DNA from: an uncultured Actinomycetota bacterium
Lineage (GTDB): Bacteria > Actinomycetota > Actinomycetes > JAFAQI01
Length of the DNA stretch: 64,000 bases
Assembly: GCA_963770565.1 (NCBI GenBank)
Contig: CAVYQE010000008.1
Location: 64,001 to 128,000, forward strand
Reading direction: 5' to 3'
Part shown: positions 52,793 through 64,000 of the stretch, piece by piece
Layout of the letters: each line of letters starts with the position of its first letter
How positions within the stretch are numbered: the first letter of the stretch is position 1
Program-made: the position numbers and the translations under genes
Notes under the pieces: generated by a model
What the model saw: the letters and a program-made list of their open reading frames with translations, nothing else
Database searches by the model: none
Told to the model about the DNA's origin: nothing

Positions 52793-53869
52793 CTAGGGGA
52801 TGACGAGGGTGCGGCCGCCGTGGCCGGACCGCATCCGGTCGAACGCCGCGTCAATACCTTCGAGGTTCGTGCGGTCGGTCACGAGCGCCTCGAGGTCGAA
52901 CCGGCCCTCGCGCCATGCATCGATCATCCGGGGTACGTCGATCTCGGGATCCGACGACCCGTAGACGCAGCCCGATAGCGAGCGGGCGAAATGGAAGACC
53001 TCCAGCGCGTTGAACTGCGCCATGTCATCGGCCCGCCCGATCCCGACGACCACCGCGCGACCGCCGCGGCGGGTGGCGCTCCACGCCTGGCGGATCGTGC
53101 TGCCGCGGCCCACGCACTCGACCGCGACGTCGGCACCGCGTCCGTCGGTGAGCCGGCGTACCTGCTTGGCCAGGTCGTCGCCCGCGAGCAGGAACTCGGT
53201 CGCGCCACAGCGGCGTGCGATCTCCTCCTTGTCCGGGGAGACGTCCGCGGCGACGATCGTCGCCGCGCCGGCCATCCGCGCGCCCTGCACGGCGGACAGG
53301 CCCACCCCGCCGAGCCCCACGACCAGCACCGACTCGCCCGGCTTGGTGCGCGCGTGATTGACGACCGCACCGGCTCCGGTCAGCACGGCGCAACCGAGCA
53401 GCGCGGCCATCTCCAGCGGTACGTCAGCACCGATGGGGATCACTGCGCGGGCCGGCACGATCGTCTCCTCCGCGAACGCGCCGATGCCGATCCCGGCCAC
53501 GAGGTCGATGCCGTCGAGGGTGGCGTACGGCACGTCGTCGTCGGCAAATGCGTTCGCGCACAACCACGGCTCGCCGGCTTCGCACCACCAGCAGGTCCGG
53601 CACGGCGGCGACCAGTTGAGGACGACCCGGTCACCGGGAGCGACCTGGGTGACGTCGGCGCCGACCGCGATGACCGTGCCGGACCCCTCGTGTCCCAGCA
53701 CGGCCGGCACGACCTGGTCCATCACGCCGCTGCCGAGCGAGAGGTCGGAGTGGCACACGCCGGCCGCGGCGATCTGCACGTGGACGTCGCCGGGACCGAG
53801 CGGGCGCAGGACGATGTCAGCGACCTGCTGCTTGCCGCCGATCTCCGACAGCACCGACGCCTTGACCAT
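52793..53869 (-). CDS. Zinc-binding alcohol dehydrogenase (class III-like)
   Basis: GVCHSD, LGHEGSG, CRTCWWC...C, LLGCAVLTG, GLGGVG. Confidence 0.93.
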   Translation of the reverse strand: MVKASVLSEIGGKQQVADIVLRPLGPGDVHVQIAAAGVCHSDLSLGSGVMDQVVPAVLGHEGSGTVIAVGADVTQVAPGDRVVLNWSPPCRTCWWCEAGEPWLCANAFADDDVPYATLDGIDLVAGIGIGAFAEETIVPARAVIPIGADVPLEMAALLGCAVLTGAGAVVNHARTKPGESVLVVGLGGVGLSAVQGARMAGAATIVAADVSPDKEEIARRCGATEFLLAGDDLAKQVRRLTDGRGADVAVECVGRGSTIRQAWSATRRGGRAVVVGIGRADDMAQFNALEVFHFARSLSGCVYGSSDPEIDVPRMIDAWREGRFDLEALVTDRTNLEGIDAAFDRMRSGHGGRTLVIP

Positions 53870-53919
53870 CGGCACACCATAGTGTCGAGTTACTGGACGT
53901 CGATCGACAGGAGGCCACC

Positions 53920-54360
53920 GTGCCCACACGTACCGCGCGCACCGCATGGACCGGCACCATCGGGGAGGGTTCAGGTCAGGTCGAGCTGACGAGCAGCGGC
54001 CTCGGCACCTACGAGGTCAGCTTCCCGAAGCGGGCGGCCGACTCATCGCCCGGCACGACCAGTCCCGAGGAACTCATCGCAGCCGCCCACACCGCGTGTT
54101 ACGCGATGTCGCTGTCGAACGAGGTCGCCAAAGCCGGTGGCACGCCCCATGCGCTCGATGTCACCGCGGTGGTGACACTCGGTCCGGACACCGAGCGTGG
54201 TGGCTTCGCCATCACCGGCATCGCGCTCTCGGTCGAGGGCGAGGTCGACGGTCTCGATGCCGACGGCTTTGCCGCGGCCGCTAAGACCGCCAAGGAAGGC
54301 TGCCCGGTCAGCAAGGCGCTGGCCGGCACCACGATCACGCTGGAAGCCTCGCTCGCCTGA
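53920..54360 (+). CDS. osmC: OsmC family peroxiredoxin
   Basis: TSPEELIAAAHTACYAMSL, KEGCPVSKAL; AGGAGG RBS. Confidence 0.93.
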   Translation: MPTRTARTAWTGTIGEGSGQVELTSSGLGTYEVSFPKRAADSSPGTTSPEELIAAAHTACYAMSLSNEVAKAGGTPHALDVTAVVTLGPDTERGGFAITGIALSVEGEVDGLDADGFAAAAKTAKEGCPVSKALAGTTITLEASLA

Positions 54361-54398
54361 CCGCCCGCGCGGGTCGGACCGAGTGACCAAAGGAACGG

Positions 54399-55193
54399 AT
54401 GAGCACCCTCGCGCTTGACGGGACCGACCTCTACTACGAGGTCGAGGGCGACGGCGTCGCCGTCCTGCTGATCCATGGCTTCGCTCTTGACGCCCGGATG
54501 TGGGACGACCAGGTGGCCGCGCTGCGCGACGCAGCCCGGGTGATCCGGTACGACGCCCGCGGCTTCGGCCGGTCGTGCCGTCGCGATCCCGACGTGACCT
54601 ACACCCACGCGGGCGACGCGTGGGCGCTGCTCGACCATCTCGGCGCCGGTGACGCGGTGATCGTGGGGCTGTCGATGGGTGGCCGCATTGCGCTCGAGAC
54701 GGCGCTCGCGGCACCGGCGCGGGTCCGCGCCCTCGTGCTCATCGACGCCGTACTCGACGGGGTCCGGTGGGACGAGAAGTCGGACCGTGAGATGGCGGCG
54801 GTGAGTGCGTCGATGACGGCCGATGGGCTCGCCGCGGCGAAGGCCACCTGGCTCGCGCACGGCTTCTTCCGGCCGGCGCGACGCGACCCGGCACTGGCGG
54901 CCCGGCTGGCCGCAATCGTCGAGGACTTCCCGGGCCTGCACCTGAGCGAGCCGGATCCACACGCATCGCATCCGGCCGTGATCGAGGACCTCCCATCGAT
55001 CGCCGCGCCGACCACGGTCATCGTCGGCCAGCTCGACGTGCCCTGCTTCCAGGACATGGCCGACCGGCTCGCGACCGGGATTCCCGGCGCGCATAAGGTC
55101 GTCGTCCCGAACGCCGGACACATGGCCAACATGGAGGCACCCGACGCGGTCAACCGCGTGCTGCGCGAGGTCATCGAGAAGGCGGCAAGGTAA
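54399..55193 (+). CDS. Alpha/beta fold hydrolase
   Basis: LIHG, YDARGFGRS, GLSMGG, GQLD, AGHMANMEAP. Confidence 0.92.
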   Translation: MSTLALDGTDLYYEVEGDGVAVLLIHGFALDARMWDDQVAALRDAARVIRYDARGFGRSCRRDPDVTYTHAGDAWALLDHLGAGDAVIVGLSMGGRIALETALAAPARVRALVLIDAVLDGVRWDEKSDREMAAVSASMTADGLAAAKATWLAHGFFRPARRDPALAARLAAIVEDFPGLHLSEPDPHASHPAVIEDLPSIAAPTTVIVGQLDVPCFQDMADRLATGIPGAHKVVVPNAGHMANMEAPDAVNRVLREVIEKAAR

Positions 55194-56179
55194 TGGACGA
55201 GATCAAATGGGGGATCGTCGGCACCGGCTGGATCGCCACCAGGTTCGTCGACGACCTGCGGCTGCTTCCTGATCACCGCGTGGTTGCCGTCGGTTCCAGA
55301 CGGTCCGAAACGGCGCAGGAGTTCGCGGCCCGCGAAGATGTCCCGCACGCATACGGCAGCTACGAGGAGGTGTGTGCCGACTCCGAGGTCGAGGTCGTGT
55401 ACGTCGCAACACCACATCCGTTCCACGCGCACGATGCCTTGCTCGCCTTAGATGCTGGCAAGCACGTGCTGTGCGAGAAACCGTTCACCATCAACGCCGA
55501 CGAGGCCGCCGAGGTGATCGCGACCGCGCGCGCCGAGAGCCTGTTCTGCATGGAGGCGATGTGGACCCGGTTCGCTCCGCACATGCGCCGGATCCGCGAG
55601 TTGCTCGATGCCGGCGCACTCGGCGACATCCGCACCGTGATCGCCGACCACGGGCAGCGGTTCCTGCCGCCGGACTTCACTTCGCGGCTGTATGCGCCCG
55701 AGCTCGGCGGCGGCGCGCTGCTCGACCTCGGGATCTACCCGCTGTCCTTCGCGTCGTACGTCTTGGGTCGGCCCGAGAAGGTCACCGCGGCCGGCGACCT
55801 GACTGAGACCGGCGTCGACGCGCAGACCTCAGTCGTCCTTCAGTACGAGGGCGGCAGCCACGCCGTCCTTACCACCACGCTGGGTGCGGAGACTCCGACC
55901 CTGGCCTCCATCACCGGCACCGAAGGCCGGATCGAGATCGACCCGGTCTGGTACCAGCCCAGCTCGTTCACCTTCCGGCCGGTCTCCGGCGATCCGGAGC
56001 GCTTCGCCGAGCCCCCGACCGGTAACGGCTTGCGCTACCAGGCCGACGAGGTCGGGCGCTGCCTGCGCGACGGTCTGACCGAGAGCCCGATCATGCCGCT
56101 CGAGGAGACCCTGTCGATCATGACGACGATGGACGAGATCCGCCGTCAAATCGGCGTCAGCTATCCCTTCGAGCCCTGA
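55193..56179 (+). CDS. Gfo/Idh/MocA family oxidoreductase
   Basis: WGIVGTGWIA, YVATPHPFH, LCEKP, MEAMWTRF, GGGALLDLGIY. Confidence 0.93.
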   Translation: MDEIKWGIVGTGWIATRFVDDLRLLPDHRVVAVGSRRSETAQEFAAREDVPHAYGSYEEVCADSEVEVVYVATPHPFHAHDALLALDAGKHVLCEKPFTINADEAAEVIATARAESLFCMEAMWTRFAPHMRRIRELLDAGALGDIRTVIADHGQRFLPPDFTSRLYAPELGGGALLDLGIYPLSFASYVLGRPEKVTAAGDLTETGVDAQTSVVLQYEGGSHAVLTTTLGAETPTLASITGTEGRIEIDPVWYQPSSFTFRPVSGDPERFAEPPTGNGLRYQADEVGRCLRDGLTESPIMPLEETLSIMTTMDEIRRQIGVSYPFEP

Positions 56180-56253
56180 TCCGACGGCCGATCTGTGAAC
56201 CGCCAGCACCCCGCTACTCGCAACCGTTCACCGACCCGGCTACCGTCCCCGAC

Positions 56254-57792
<1,539 letters not shown>

Positions 57793-57798
57793 GTCGGA

Positions 57799-58113
57799 TC
57801 ACTTCCGGTCGTCGAGGGCGCGGCGGGCGTGGGCGTGCTGGTCGTGTGGCACGAGCACGCGGACGCCGGCACCGGTCTGCAGGGCCGGCTCGACGCCGCC
57901 GGCGTCATCGGAGGACACGACGGCGTGGATGCCCTGGCTGCGCAGGTAGCCGGCCATCAGCTCGGCGTCCACGGTCGAGCTTGCGAAGCCCACCGCGACC
58001 GGACCGGCTGGTGGAGGCGATCGGAACAGCTTGCCGACCCGGTGCCAGAAGCCGGTGTTGGTGTCGACCTCGGGCAGGTGTCCGGAGTGGCGTCGCCGCG
58101 GATGGTTGCTCAC
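57799..58113 (-). CDS. DUF2007-like (putative signal transducing) protein
   Basis: DAELMAGYLRSQGIHA...GVRVLVP...ARRAL; GTGA overlap with the upstream gene. Confidence 0.7.
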   Translation of the reverse strand: MSNHPRRRHSGHLPEVDTNTGFWHRVGKLFRSPPPAGPVAVGFASSTVDAELMAGYLRSQGIHAVVSSDDAGGVEPALQTGAGVRVLVPHDQHAHARRALDDRK

Positions 58114-58750
58114 GGGGTGTTGGTCAGATGCTTCAGGGCCGCCGCCGGCGAGCAGGCGTCGATCGGCGGGAACTGACCGCCGGTTGCACCGTCGAGCTGA
58201 AGCTGCCAGTCGTGGTGTACGCCCAGCGCCTCGGTGCGCAGCCCGATGTCGTAGAACTCGGTCGTCTCGGCTTTCGGGCACGTGGGTTTCGCGACCGTGA
58301 CCCAGAGGTCGATCTGCTGGCCTGGGTGCAACGTCATCGGGAAGGGCTTCGCCGCGGCGAAGCTGCCCTCGCTTTGGTTCGGATCTTGCGTCACGAGGGT
58401 CCAGCCAAGGTCGAAGTGCACGAACTCCACCGATGACAGGTCTGAGCCCAAGATGCGGACCGCAAAGTGACCGTAGTTGCTCACTGAGTAGCCGAACGTG
58501 GCAACCGAGCCTGGGGGACCCACGATGATGTAGCGGGTCGGATCGATGACCCCGTCAGTCACGGCTCGACCGGCCCCCTCGGGTTGTTGCCGTAGTTGCC
58601 GGCGCCGAGCGGCTGGTAGGTGTGCGCGTAGACCACGGCGGCGATCCCGGTGCCGATCAGCGCTAGCGCGGTCACTCCCGCGAGCAGCCGGAGCCAGATC
58701 CGGCGAGGGCGCGGCGGTACTTCCGCGATGGTCACGTCGCTGTCCAGCAC
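58110..58750 (-). pseudogene. Membrane-anchored hypothetical protein split by a frameshift near 58575
   Basis: Frame 1 MLDSDV...TM...YQPLGAGNYGNNP stops at 58559; a plausible beta-rich continuation (VTDGVIDPTRYII...) runs in another frame to 58110. Confidence 0.55.
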
Positions 58751-58823
58751 GGTCGTCAGGGGAGCCTCCGTTCGCCGCGCCAGCGTCCCACCTTGAGCCG
58801 GTCGGCGCCAATATGCTGGCCGG

Positions 58824-60131
58824 GTGCCAACCGCGATCAGCTATCCGCATACCGAACATCGGCTCGCGAACGGGCTGCGCGTGGTGATCAGTGAGGACCA
58901 CCTCGCGCCGGTCGTAGCGGTCAACCTCTGGTACGCCGTCGGCTCCCGGCACGAGGTCCTCGGCCGCACCGGCTTCGCGCACCTCTTCGAGCATCTGATG
59001 TTCCAGGGCTCGGCCAACGTCAAGCGCGGCGAGCACTTCGCGACCGTCAACGCGGCCGGCGGCACCCTCAACGGCACGACCTGGTGCGACCGGACCAACT
59101 ACTACGAGACCGTGCCCGCGCACCACCTCGCGACCGCACTCTGGCTCGAAGCCGACCGGATGGGCGGCCTGCTCGACGCCCTCGATCAGGCCAACCTCGA
59201 CAACCAGCGCGATGTGGTCAAGAACGAGAAGCGCCAGACCCGTGACAACCAGCCGTACGGCTCGTGGCTCGACCACCTGCACGAGCTCTGCTACCCGCCC
59301 GGCCACCCGTACCACCACACGACGATCGGCTCGATGGAGGATCTCGACGCCGCGTCGCTCGAGGACGCCCGGGCCTTCTACGCCACCTGGTACGCCCCCG
59401 ACAACGCGGTGCTGTCGATCGTCGGCGATGTCGACACCGCCGACGCGGTCACGCTGGTGGAGCGCTACTTCGGCGGCATCCCGGCCAAGGGCCAGTTCCC
59501 GACCCCGCCGTCCACCGAGATCGCGGCCCGGCTCGGCGGGCAGGTCCGTCGTACCGTGCCCGATCGCGTCCCGGTGCCGCGGATCTTCGTCGGCTATCGC
59601 ACCGCGCCGTTCGGCACGCCGGAGTTCGACGCGATGCAGATTGCGACGACCGTCCTCGGCGGCGGCCGAGGCAGCCGGCTCTACAAGGCACTCGTACTGG
59701 ACCGTCAGTTGTTGCAGCCATCGGACTCGGCGATCATCGACAGTTGGCCGTTCATCGGCGGGGCGTCGCTCACGATCGCCGACCTGCCCGCGCGCGAGGG
59801 TGTCGACATCGACGTGCTCGAGGCGGCCTACCACCACGAGGTCGCACGGCTCGCCGAGGGCGCAACCGACGACGAGGTCGAGCGGGCCAAGGCGCTGATC
59901 ACCAGCCAGTGGCTGCATCACCTGTCGAGTGTCGAAGGGCGCGCCGACACCTTCAGCCAGTACGCCACCTTGCTCGGCGATCCCGAGCTGATCAATCGGG
60001 CGCTGCCGGCCTGGCTTTCGGTGACTGCGCGGGATGTTGCTGCGGTCGCCAGCGAGGTCATGAGTGAGGACAACCGCGTGGTCGTGACCTTCACCCCCGA
60101 CTTGCCGGACGAGCAAGAGGCGGCCGCGTGA
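58824..60131 (+). CDS. M16 family zinc peptidase, catalytic subunit
   Basis: GFAHLFEHLMFQGS (HxxEH), DRTNYYET, LWLEADRM, YAPDNAVL. Confidence 0.94.
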   Translation: MPTAISYPHTEHRLANGLRVVISEDHLAPVVAVNLWYAVGSRHEVLGRTGFAHLFEHLMFQGSANVKRGEHFATVNAAGGTLNGTTWCDRTNYYETVPAHHLATALWLEADRMGGLLDALDQANLDNQRDVVKNEKRQTRDNQPYGSWLDHLHELCYPPGHPYHHTTIGSMEDLDAASLEDARAFYATWYAPDNAVLSIVGDVDTADAVTLVERYFGGIPAKGQFPTPPSTEIAARLGGQVRRTVPDRVPVPRIFVGYRTAPFGTPEFDAMQIATTVLGGGRGSRLYKALVLDRQLLQPSDSAIIDSWPFIGGASLTIADLPAREGVDIDVLEAAYHHEVARLAEGATDDEVERAKALITSQWLHHLSSVEGRADTFSQYATLLGDPELINRALPAWLSVTARDVAAVASEVMSEDNRVVVTFTPDLPDEQEAAA

Positions 60132-61483
60132 CCCTGGTGAGCTCGCGCCCATCCGTCGGCAGCCCGCGCCCGTGGAGCTTCCCGGCGTTCGAGCGGCGCA
60201 CGATCGCTGGCGGTCGGGTGCTGACCTGCCATGTCCCGGGCCGGCCGTTGGGCGTCACGTCGCTCGTCATCGATGCCGGTGCGAGCTCCGAGCCGATCGG
60301 CCGCGAAGGGGTCGCCGAGCTGGTCTCCCGCGCGCTGTCTGAGGGCACCTCGACACTCGACGCCTATGGCTTTGCAGTGGCCGGCGAGCGGCTCGGTGCG
60401 ACCTGGCGCGCCTCGACCGACTGGGACTCGCTGCGCTGCGGCTTCGAGGTGCCGGTCGCGGAGCTGGCCGCCGCGACGCACCTGCTCGCAGCCGCGGTCA
60501 AGGACGCGGCGTTCGACGACGACACTCTGGCCCGGGTGCGCGAGGAGCGGATCGACGAGATCAGCATCGAGCTCAGCCAGCCCGCCGCGCGGGCCGGCGA
60601 GGCTTTCGCCGCCGAGGTGTTCGCGGACGTGAGCCGCTACAAGCTCTCCGACGGCGGTGACATCGCCTCGCTCGAGGCGATCTCGGATGACAACATCCGG
60701 TCGTTCCGGGCCGAGCGGCTCGGCCGCTCGTCGGCCACCCTCGTGCTGGTGGGCGATCTCGACGCGGTCGATGTGGATGAGCTCGGTCACGCCGTCTTCG
60801 ACGGGTGGGACGACGCCGACGGTGCCACGCCGATCCCGGATGCCACGCCGCGCCGGCGTGGCCGGCGGGTGGTCGTGGTCGACCGCCCGGGATCGGTGCA
60901 GTCGATCCTGCTGCTCGGTCATGACGGCCCGCCTCGAAAGATCGACGACTACGTCGCGATGACCACGATGTCGATGGTCCTCGGCGGAATGTTCTCCTCG
61001 CGGCTGAACATGAAGATCCGCGAGGAGAAGGGCTATGCGTACGGCGCACACTGCGGCTTCGACACCCGCAAGCACGGCGGGGTGTTCGTCGCCCGCACGT
61101 CGGTGCAAAGCGACGTGACCATCCCGGCGCTCGCCGACACGGTCGCTGAGATCGAGCGGATGCACGCCGGGGGAGTCGAGCCCGACGAGCTCGAGCAGGC
61201 CCGGGCCTACCGGGCCGGGGTGTTCCCGATCAACTTTGCCGGCGTCATGGCGGTCGCGTCCGGTCTCGGCGATCTCGTGGTCAACGACTTCGCCGACGAC
61301 CACTTCGACCAGCTGCGGGCGCGGGTGCTCGACGTCCGCAAGGACGAGCTCGATGCGAGCGCGCACGAGCGGCTGCGACCGGATGACCTCGTCACCGTGG
61401 TCGTGGGCGATGCCAGCGGGTTCGTCGAGGAGTTGCGTGACACCGGCCTCGGCCCGGTCGAGGTTGTCCCCGACGAAGGCTGA
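60128..61483 (+). CDS. M16 family peptidase, non-catalytic partner subunit
   Basis: No HxxEH; LGGMFSSRLNMKIREEKGYAYG R/Y motif; coupled to the previous gene. Confidence 0.92.
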   Translation: MTLVSSRPSVGSPRPWSFPAFERRTIAGGRVLTCHVPGRPLGVTSLVIDAGASSEPIGREGVAELVSRALSEGTSTLDAYGFAVAGERLGATWRASTDWDSLRCGFEVPVAELAAATHLLAAAVKDAAFDDDTLARVREERIDEISIELSQPAARAGEAFAAEVFADVSRYKLSDGGDIASLEAISDDNIRSFRAERLGRSSATLVLVGDLDAVDVDELGHAVFDGWDDADGATPIPDATPRRRGRRVVVVDRPGSVQSILLLGHDGPPRKIDDYVAMTTMSMVLGGMFSSRLNMKIREEKGYAYGAHCGFDTRKHGGVFVARTSVQSDVTIPALADTVAEIERMHAGGVEPDELEQARAYRAGVFPINFAGVMAVASGLGDLVVNDFADDHFDQLRARVLDVRKDELDASAHERLRPDDLVTVVVGDASGFVEELRDTGLGPVEVVPDEG

Positions 61484-61487
61484 GCTC

Positions 61488-63530
61488 GTGCGCCGAGCGG
61501 TTGCGTGGGTCGTGCTCGCGCTCGCTACCCCCGTGGTTGGGTGCGCGGTCGTGGCAAGCGGCGCTGCGGTGGCACAGGCCGCGCCAGCCGTGCAGGCCCG
61601 GGTCGTGGTCATCGCCGTACCCGACCTGCGCTGGTCGGACCTGGCATCGATGCCGGACCTTTCGGCCTATGCCGCGCAGTCCTCGGTCGGCGACCTGTCG
61701 GTGCGCGGCGAACCGGTCGCGGCTCGGTGCGCGGACGGCAGTCTGACCTTCGCGGCCGGCGACCGCGCCGACGCCGGCGGCGCGACCGGCTGCGCCCTGA
61801 GCGCCGACGCACTGGCGATTCGGCGCGAGCGACTGCGCAACGACCGGTACGGCGCCGACATCGCGGCGTTCGGAGACGCGCTCCGGCACGCCGGAGTGAC
61901 CACCGCGGCGGTCGGCCCCGGGGCCAACCTGCTGCTCGCCGACTCGGCCGACCAGGTCGGCACCACGGCTCCGACCCTCGCCGCTGCGGTGCGACAAGCC
62001 GCCGTGGTCGCGGTCGTCGACGACGGGCTCTACGTCGCATCGCCCGCCGACCGGGCCGCGGCCGCGCATCGACTCGACACCGAGCTGGCCACGCAACTGG
62101 CCGCGGTGCCGGCCGGGGCCACGACCATCGTGGCCGGTACCAGCGACGCACCGAGCGGTGGCCCGAACCTGCACGTCGTGCTGATCCACGGCGGGAACTG
62201 GCGCCATGTCGAGCTGAGCTCAGGAAGCACGCACGCGCGCTTTGTCCAGCTGGTCGACCTCGCGCCGACCATCCTGGCGGCGCTGCAGCTCCCGACGCCG
62301 GCGACGATGATCGGCCGGCCGGCACACGACACTAGCCGGTCCGCACCGTCCGCAGCGGCCTTCGTCGACACCAACCGCAAGGAGGGCGCCGCGCGCCGGG
62401 TCGACGATCCACTCCGGATCGCGCTCGGCGTCGCCGGGATGGCGGCGCTGGTGCTCCTGGCGGTCGCGTGGTGGCGGCGTAGCGCTCGATGGAATCTCGC
62501 CGCGCTGTGGCTCAGCCGGCTCGCGGTCGGGCTGCCGCTGGCGGGATTCGGCCTGCAGTTGGTGCCGTGGTGGAAGGCCGGACTCGGGTGGTATCCGGTC
62601 ATGGTGCTCGCCGCCCTGGGTGTCATCGGTGGCCTGACCTGGCTGCTGCGTGGTCACCGCACCGCCGGACTGATCGCGATCCCGGCATTGACCGGGCTGC
62701 TGCTCGTCGGCGATCAGATCGCCGGAGCACCGCTGCAGATGTCCGCACCGCTCGGCTACCTCGCGCTCGTCGCCGCCCGCTTCCACGGCACTGGCAACAT
62801 CGGCTTCGCCTGCCTCGCGGCATCCGCGCTCCTGTGCGCGGGCATCGCCGGCGCGGCGCTTCGCGAGCGGGGCCACACCCGCGCGGGTGTCGTCGTCGCG
62901 CTGGCGATCTGTCTGGTGGCCCTCGTGGTTGATGCGGCGCCGTGGTGGGGGGACGACTTCGGCGGGATCCTGTCCTTCCCGATCTGCATCGTCGTACTGC
63001 TGGCGCTGCTCGCCGAGGTGCGGTTCACGATCCGGCGGGTGGGGCTGACCGTGCTGGCCGCCGTGGTCGTGGCGGTCGGCTTCGCCGCTGCCGACTACGC
63101 CCGGCCGGCGGCGGACCGCACACAGATCGGGACGTTTGCCGGCGAGGTGCTGCACGGCGGCGCCGGGCGCACGGTGAGCCGCAAGCTGTCTTCCAGCCTG
63201 CATTCGTTCGGCAACGTGGCCGTCACCGGGTCGGTTGTCGTGCTGCTCATCCTGGCGGTCGCCTACCGGGCGGAGGTCGCGACGATCCTGGCCCGGGTGC
63301 CTGGCTTGCGAGCAGCGGCGACTGCGATCGCAAGCCTGGCCGTCATCGGGACCGCCACCAACGACTCGGGGGTCGTGATCGCGGAGTTCGCCCTGATGAT
63401 CGGCGCGTTCGCCGTGATCGGCGTCGGGGTGGCCGGCCCGGGGTCAGCGGTCGCGGGCGGCGGGCCGCCACTGTCGCCGCCAGCGGGTGACGTTCGCCCG
63501 CCGCAGCGCCGCGAACCGTTCCCGACGTAG
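61488..63530 (+). CDS. Hypothetical multi-pass membrane protein with an N-terminal extracellular alkaline-phosphatase-like domain
   Basis: VVVIAVPDLRWSD, VQLVDLAPTIL, then about 10 TM segments with ARFHGTGN, WGDDFGG, NDSG. Confidence 0.75.
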   Translation: MRRAVAWVVLALATPVVGCAVVASGAAVAQAAPAVQARVVVIAVPDLRWSDLASMPDLSAYAAQSSVGDLSVRGEPVAARCADGSLTFAAGDRADAGGATGCALSADALAIRRERLRNDRYGADIAAFGDALRHAGVTTAAVGPGANLLLADSADQVGTTAPTLAAAVRQAAVVAVVDDGLYVASPADRAAAAHRLDTELATQLAAVPAGATTIVAGTSDAPSGGPNLHVVLIHGGNWRHVELSSGSTHARFVQLVDLAPTILAALQLPTPATMIGRPAHDTSRSAPSAAAFVDTNRKEGAARRVDDPLRIALGVAGMAALVLLAVAWWRRSARWNLAALWLSRLAVGLPLAGFGLQLVPWWKAGLGWYPVMVLAALGVIGGLTWLLRGHRTAGLIAIPALTGLLLVGDQIAGAPLQMSAPLGYLALVAARFHGTGNIGFACLAASALLCAGIAGAALRERGHTRAGVVVALAICLVALVVDAAPWWGDDFGGILSFPICIVVLLALLAEVRFTIRRVGLTVLAAVVVAVGFAAADYARPAADRTQIGTFAGEVLHGGAGRTVSRKLSSSLHSFGNVAVTGSVVVLLILAVAYRAEVATILARVPGLRAAATAIASLAVIGTATNDSGVVIAEFALMIGAFAVIGVGVAGPGSAVAGGGPPLSPPAGDVRPPQRREPFPT

Positions 63531-64000
63531 CTCGTGCTCCTCGACGTCGTCGAGCGGATCGAGCGGCCCGCAGACAGCCGCGAGCAGATGGTCCGCGAGC
63601 GCGGGGTTGCGGGCCAGCGCAGGACCATGCAGGTACGTCGCGACCACACTGCCCTGGATCGCGCCGTCGCTCCCTGCGTCGCCGTTGCCGATCCCCGTGC
63701 GGACCGAGGCGAATGGTCTCGCGGAAGGGCCGAGGACGGTCCGGCCGCCGTGGTTCTCATAGCCGGTGACCGTGCCGACCTCGACGAACGCCGACTGACC
63801 GAGCAGCTCACCGACCGCGCGTGAGCCCGGGAGCCGGTCGGTGCGGCAGTCGATCAGGCCCAGGCCCGCGTGCACCGCACCCTGGCCGTCGAGAAAGGTC
63901 TCACCGAGGATCTGGAAGCCCGCGCACACTGCGATGACCGGCTTGCCGGCATCGACCGCCCGGGCCAGCACGCCGCTGCCCAACCGGCTGACCGCGAGGG
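63444..64000 (-). CDS. gatD: Type 1 glutamine amidotransferase, GatD/CobQ-like (5' partial)
   Basis: AVCAGFQILG, GYENHGG, TYLHGPALARNPALAD. Confidence 0.88.
   Translation of the reverse strand, partial: LAVSRLGSGVLARAVDAGKPVIAVCAGFQILGETFLDGQGAVHAGLGLIDCRTDRLPGSRAVGELLGQSAFVEVGTVTGYENHGGRTVLGPSARPFASVRTGIGNGDAGSDGAIQGSVVATYLHGPALARNPALADHLLAAVCGPLDPLDDVEEHELRRERFAALRRANVTRWRRQWRPAARDR

Noticed and set aside
58824-61483. M16 peptidase pair as part of a RiPP/PQQ cluster
   Set aside because: No precursor peptide, radical SAM or other tailoring genes nearby; this is the common standalone heterodimer arrangement.

Overview
High-GC actinobacterial chromosome segment (Frankiales/Acidothermales/Mycobacteriales-like by gene content; taxon not determinable here). 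Conserved core region: gap-pgk-tpiA-[dpp/opp peptide ABC operon]-secG, then pgl-opcA-zwf-pgi-tal-tkt (with about 9 single-base insertions that look like long-read errors), ctaB/ctaA, a ~4.3 kb accessory block (DUF4395, ferritin-like remnant, MFS-MerR, lipoprotein), an ABC-2 exporter, the complete suf operon, ABC-F/gbn-like HTH/enoyl-CoA hydratase, kynA, acnA-acnR, a PadR/ABC-FtsX/M1 peptidase module, osmC, an M16 peptidase pair and a partial gatD. No rRNA, tRNA, CRISPR, transposase or phage genes are supported. The strongest unexplained signal is non-coding: four copies of a 79-83 bp element built from three GCAATGT(C/G)ACATTGC palindromes spaced exactly 31 bp apart, always at gene 3' ends, plus an unrelated palindromic repeat with the same 31-bp period. 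Also notable: a candidate leaderless uORF (MLTTD) attenuator ahead of the ABC-F gene, a triple GTnAC-N6 box, and two genes that appear to need non-canonical start codons.
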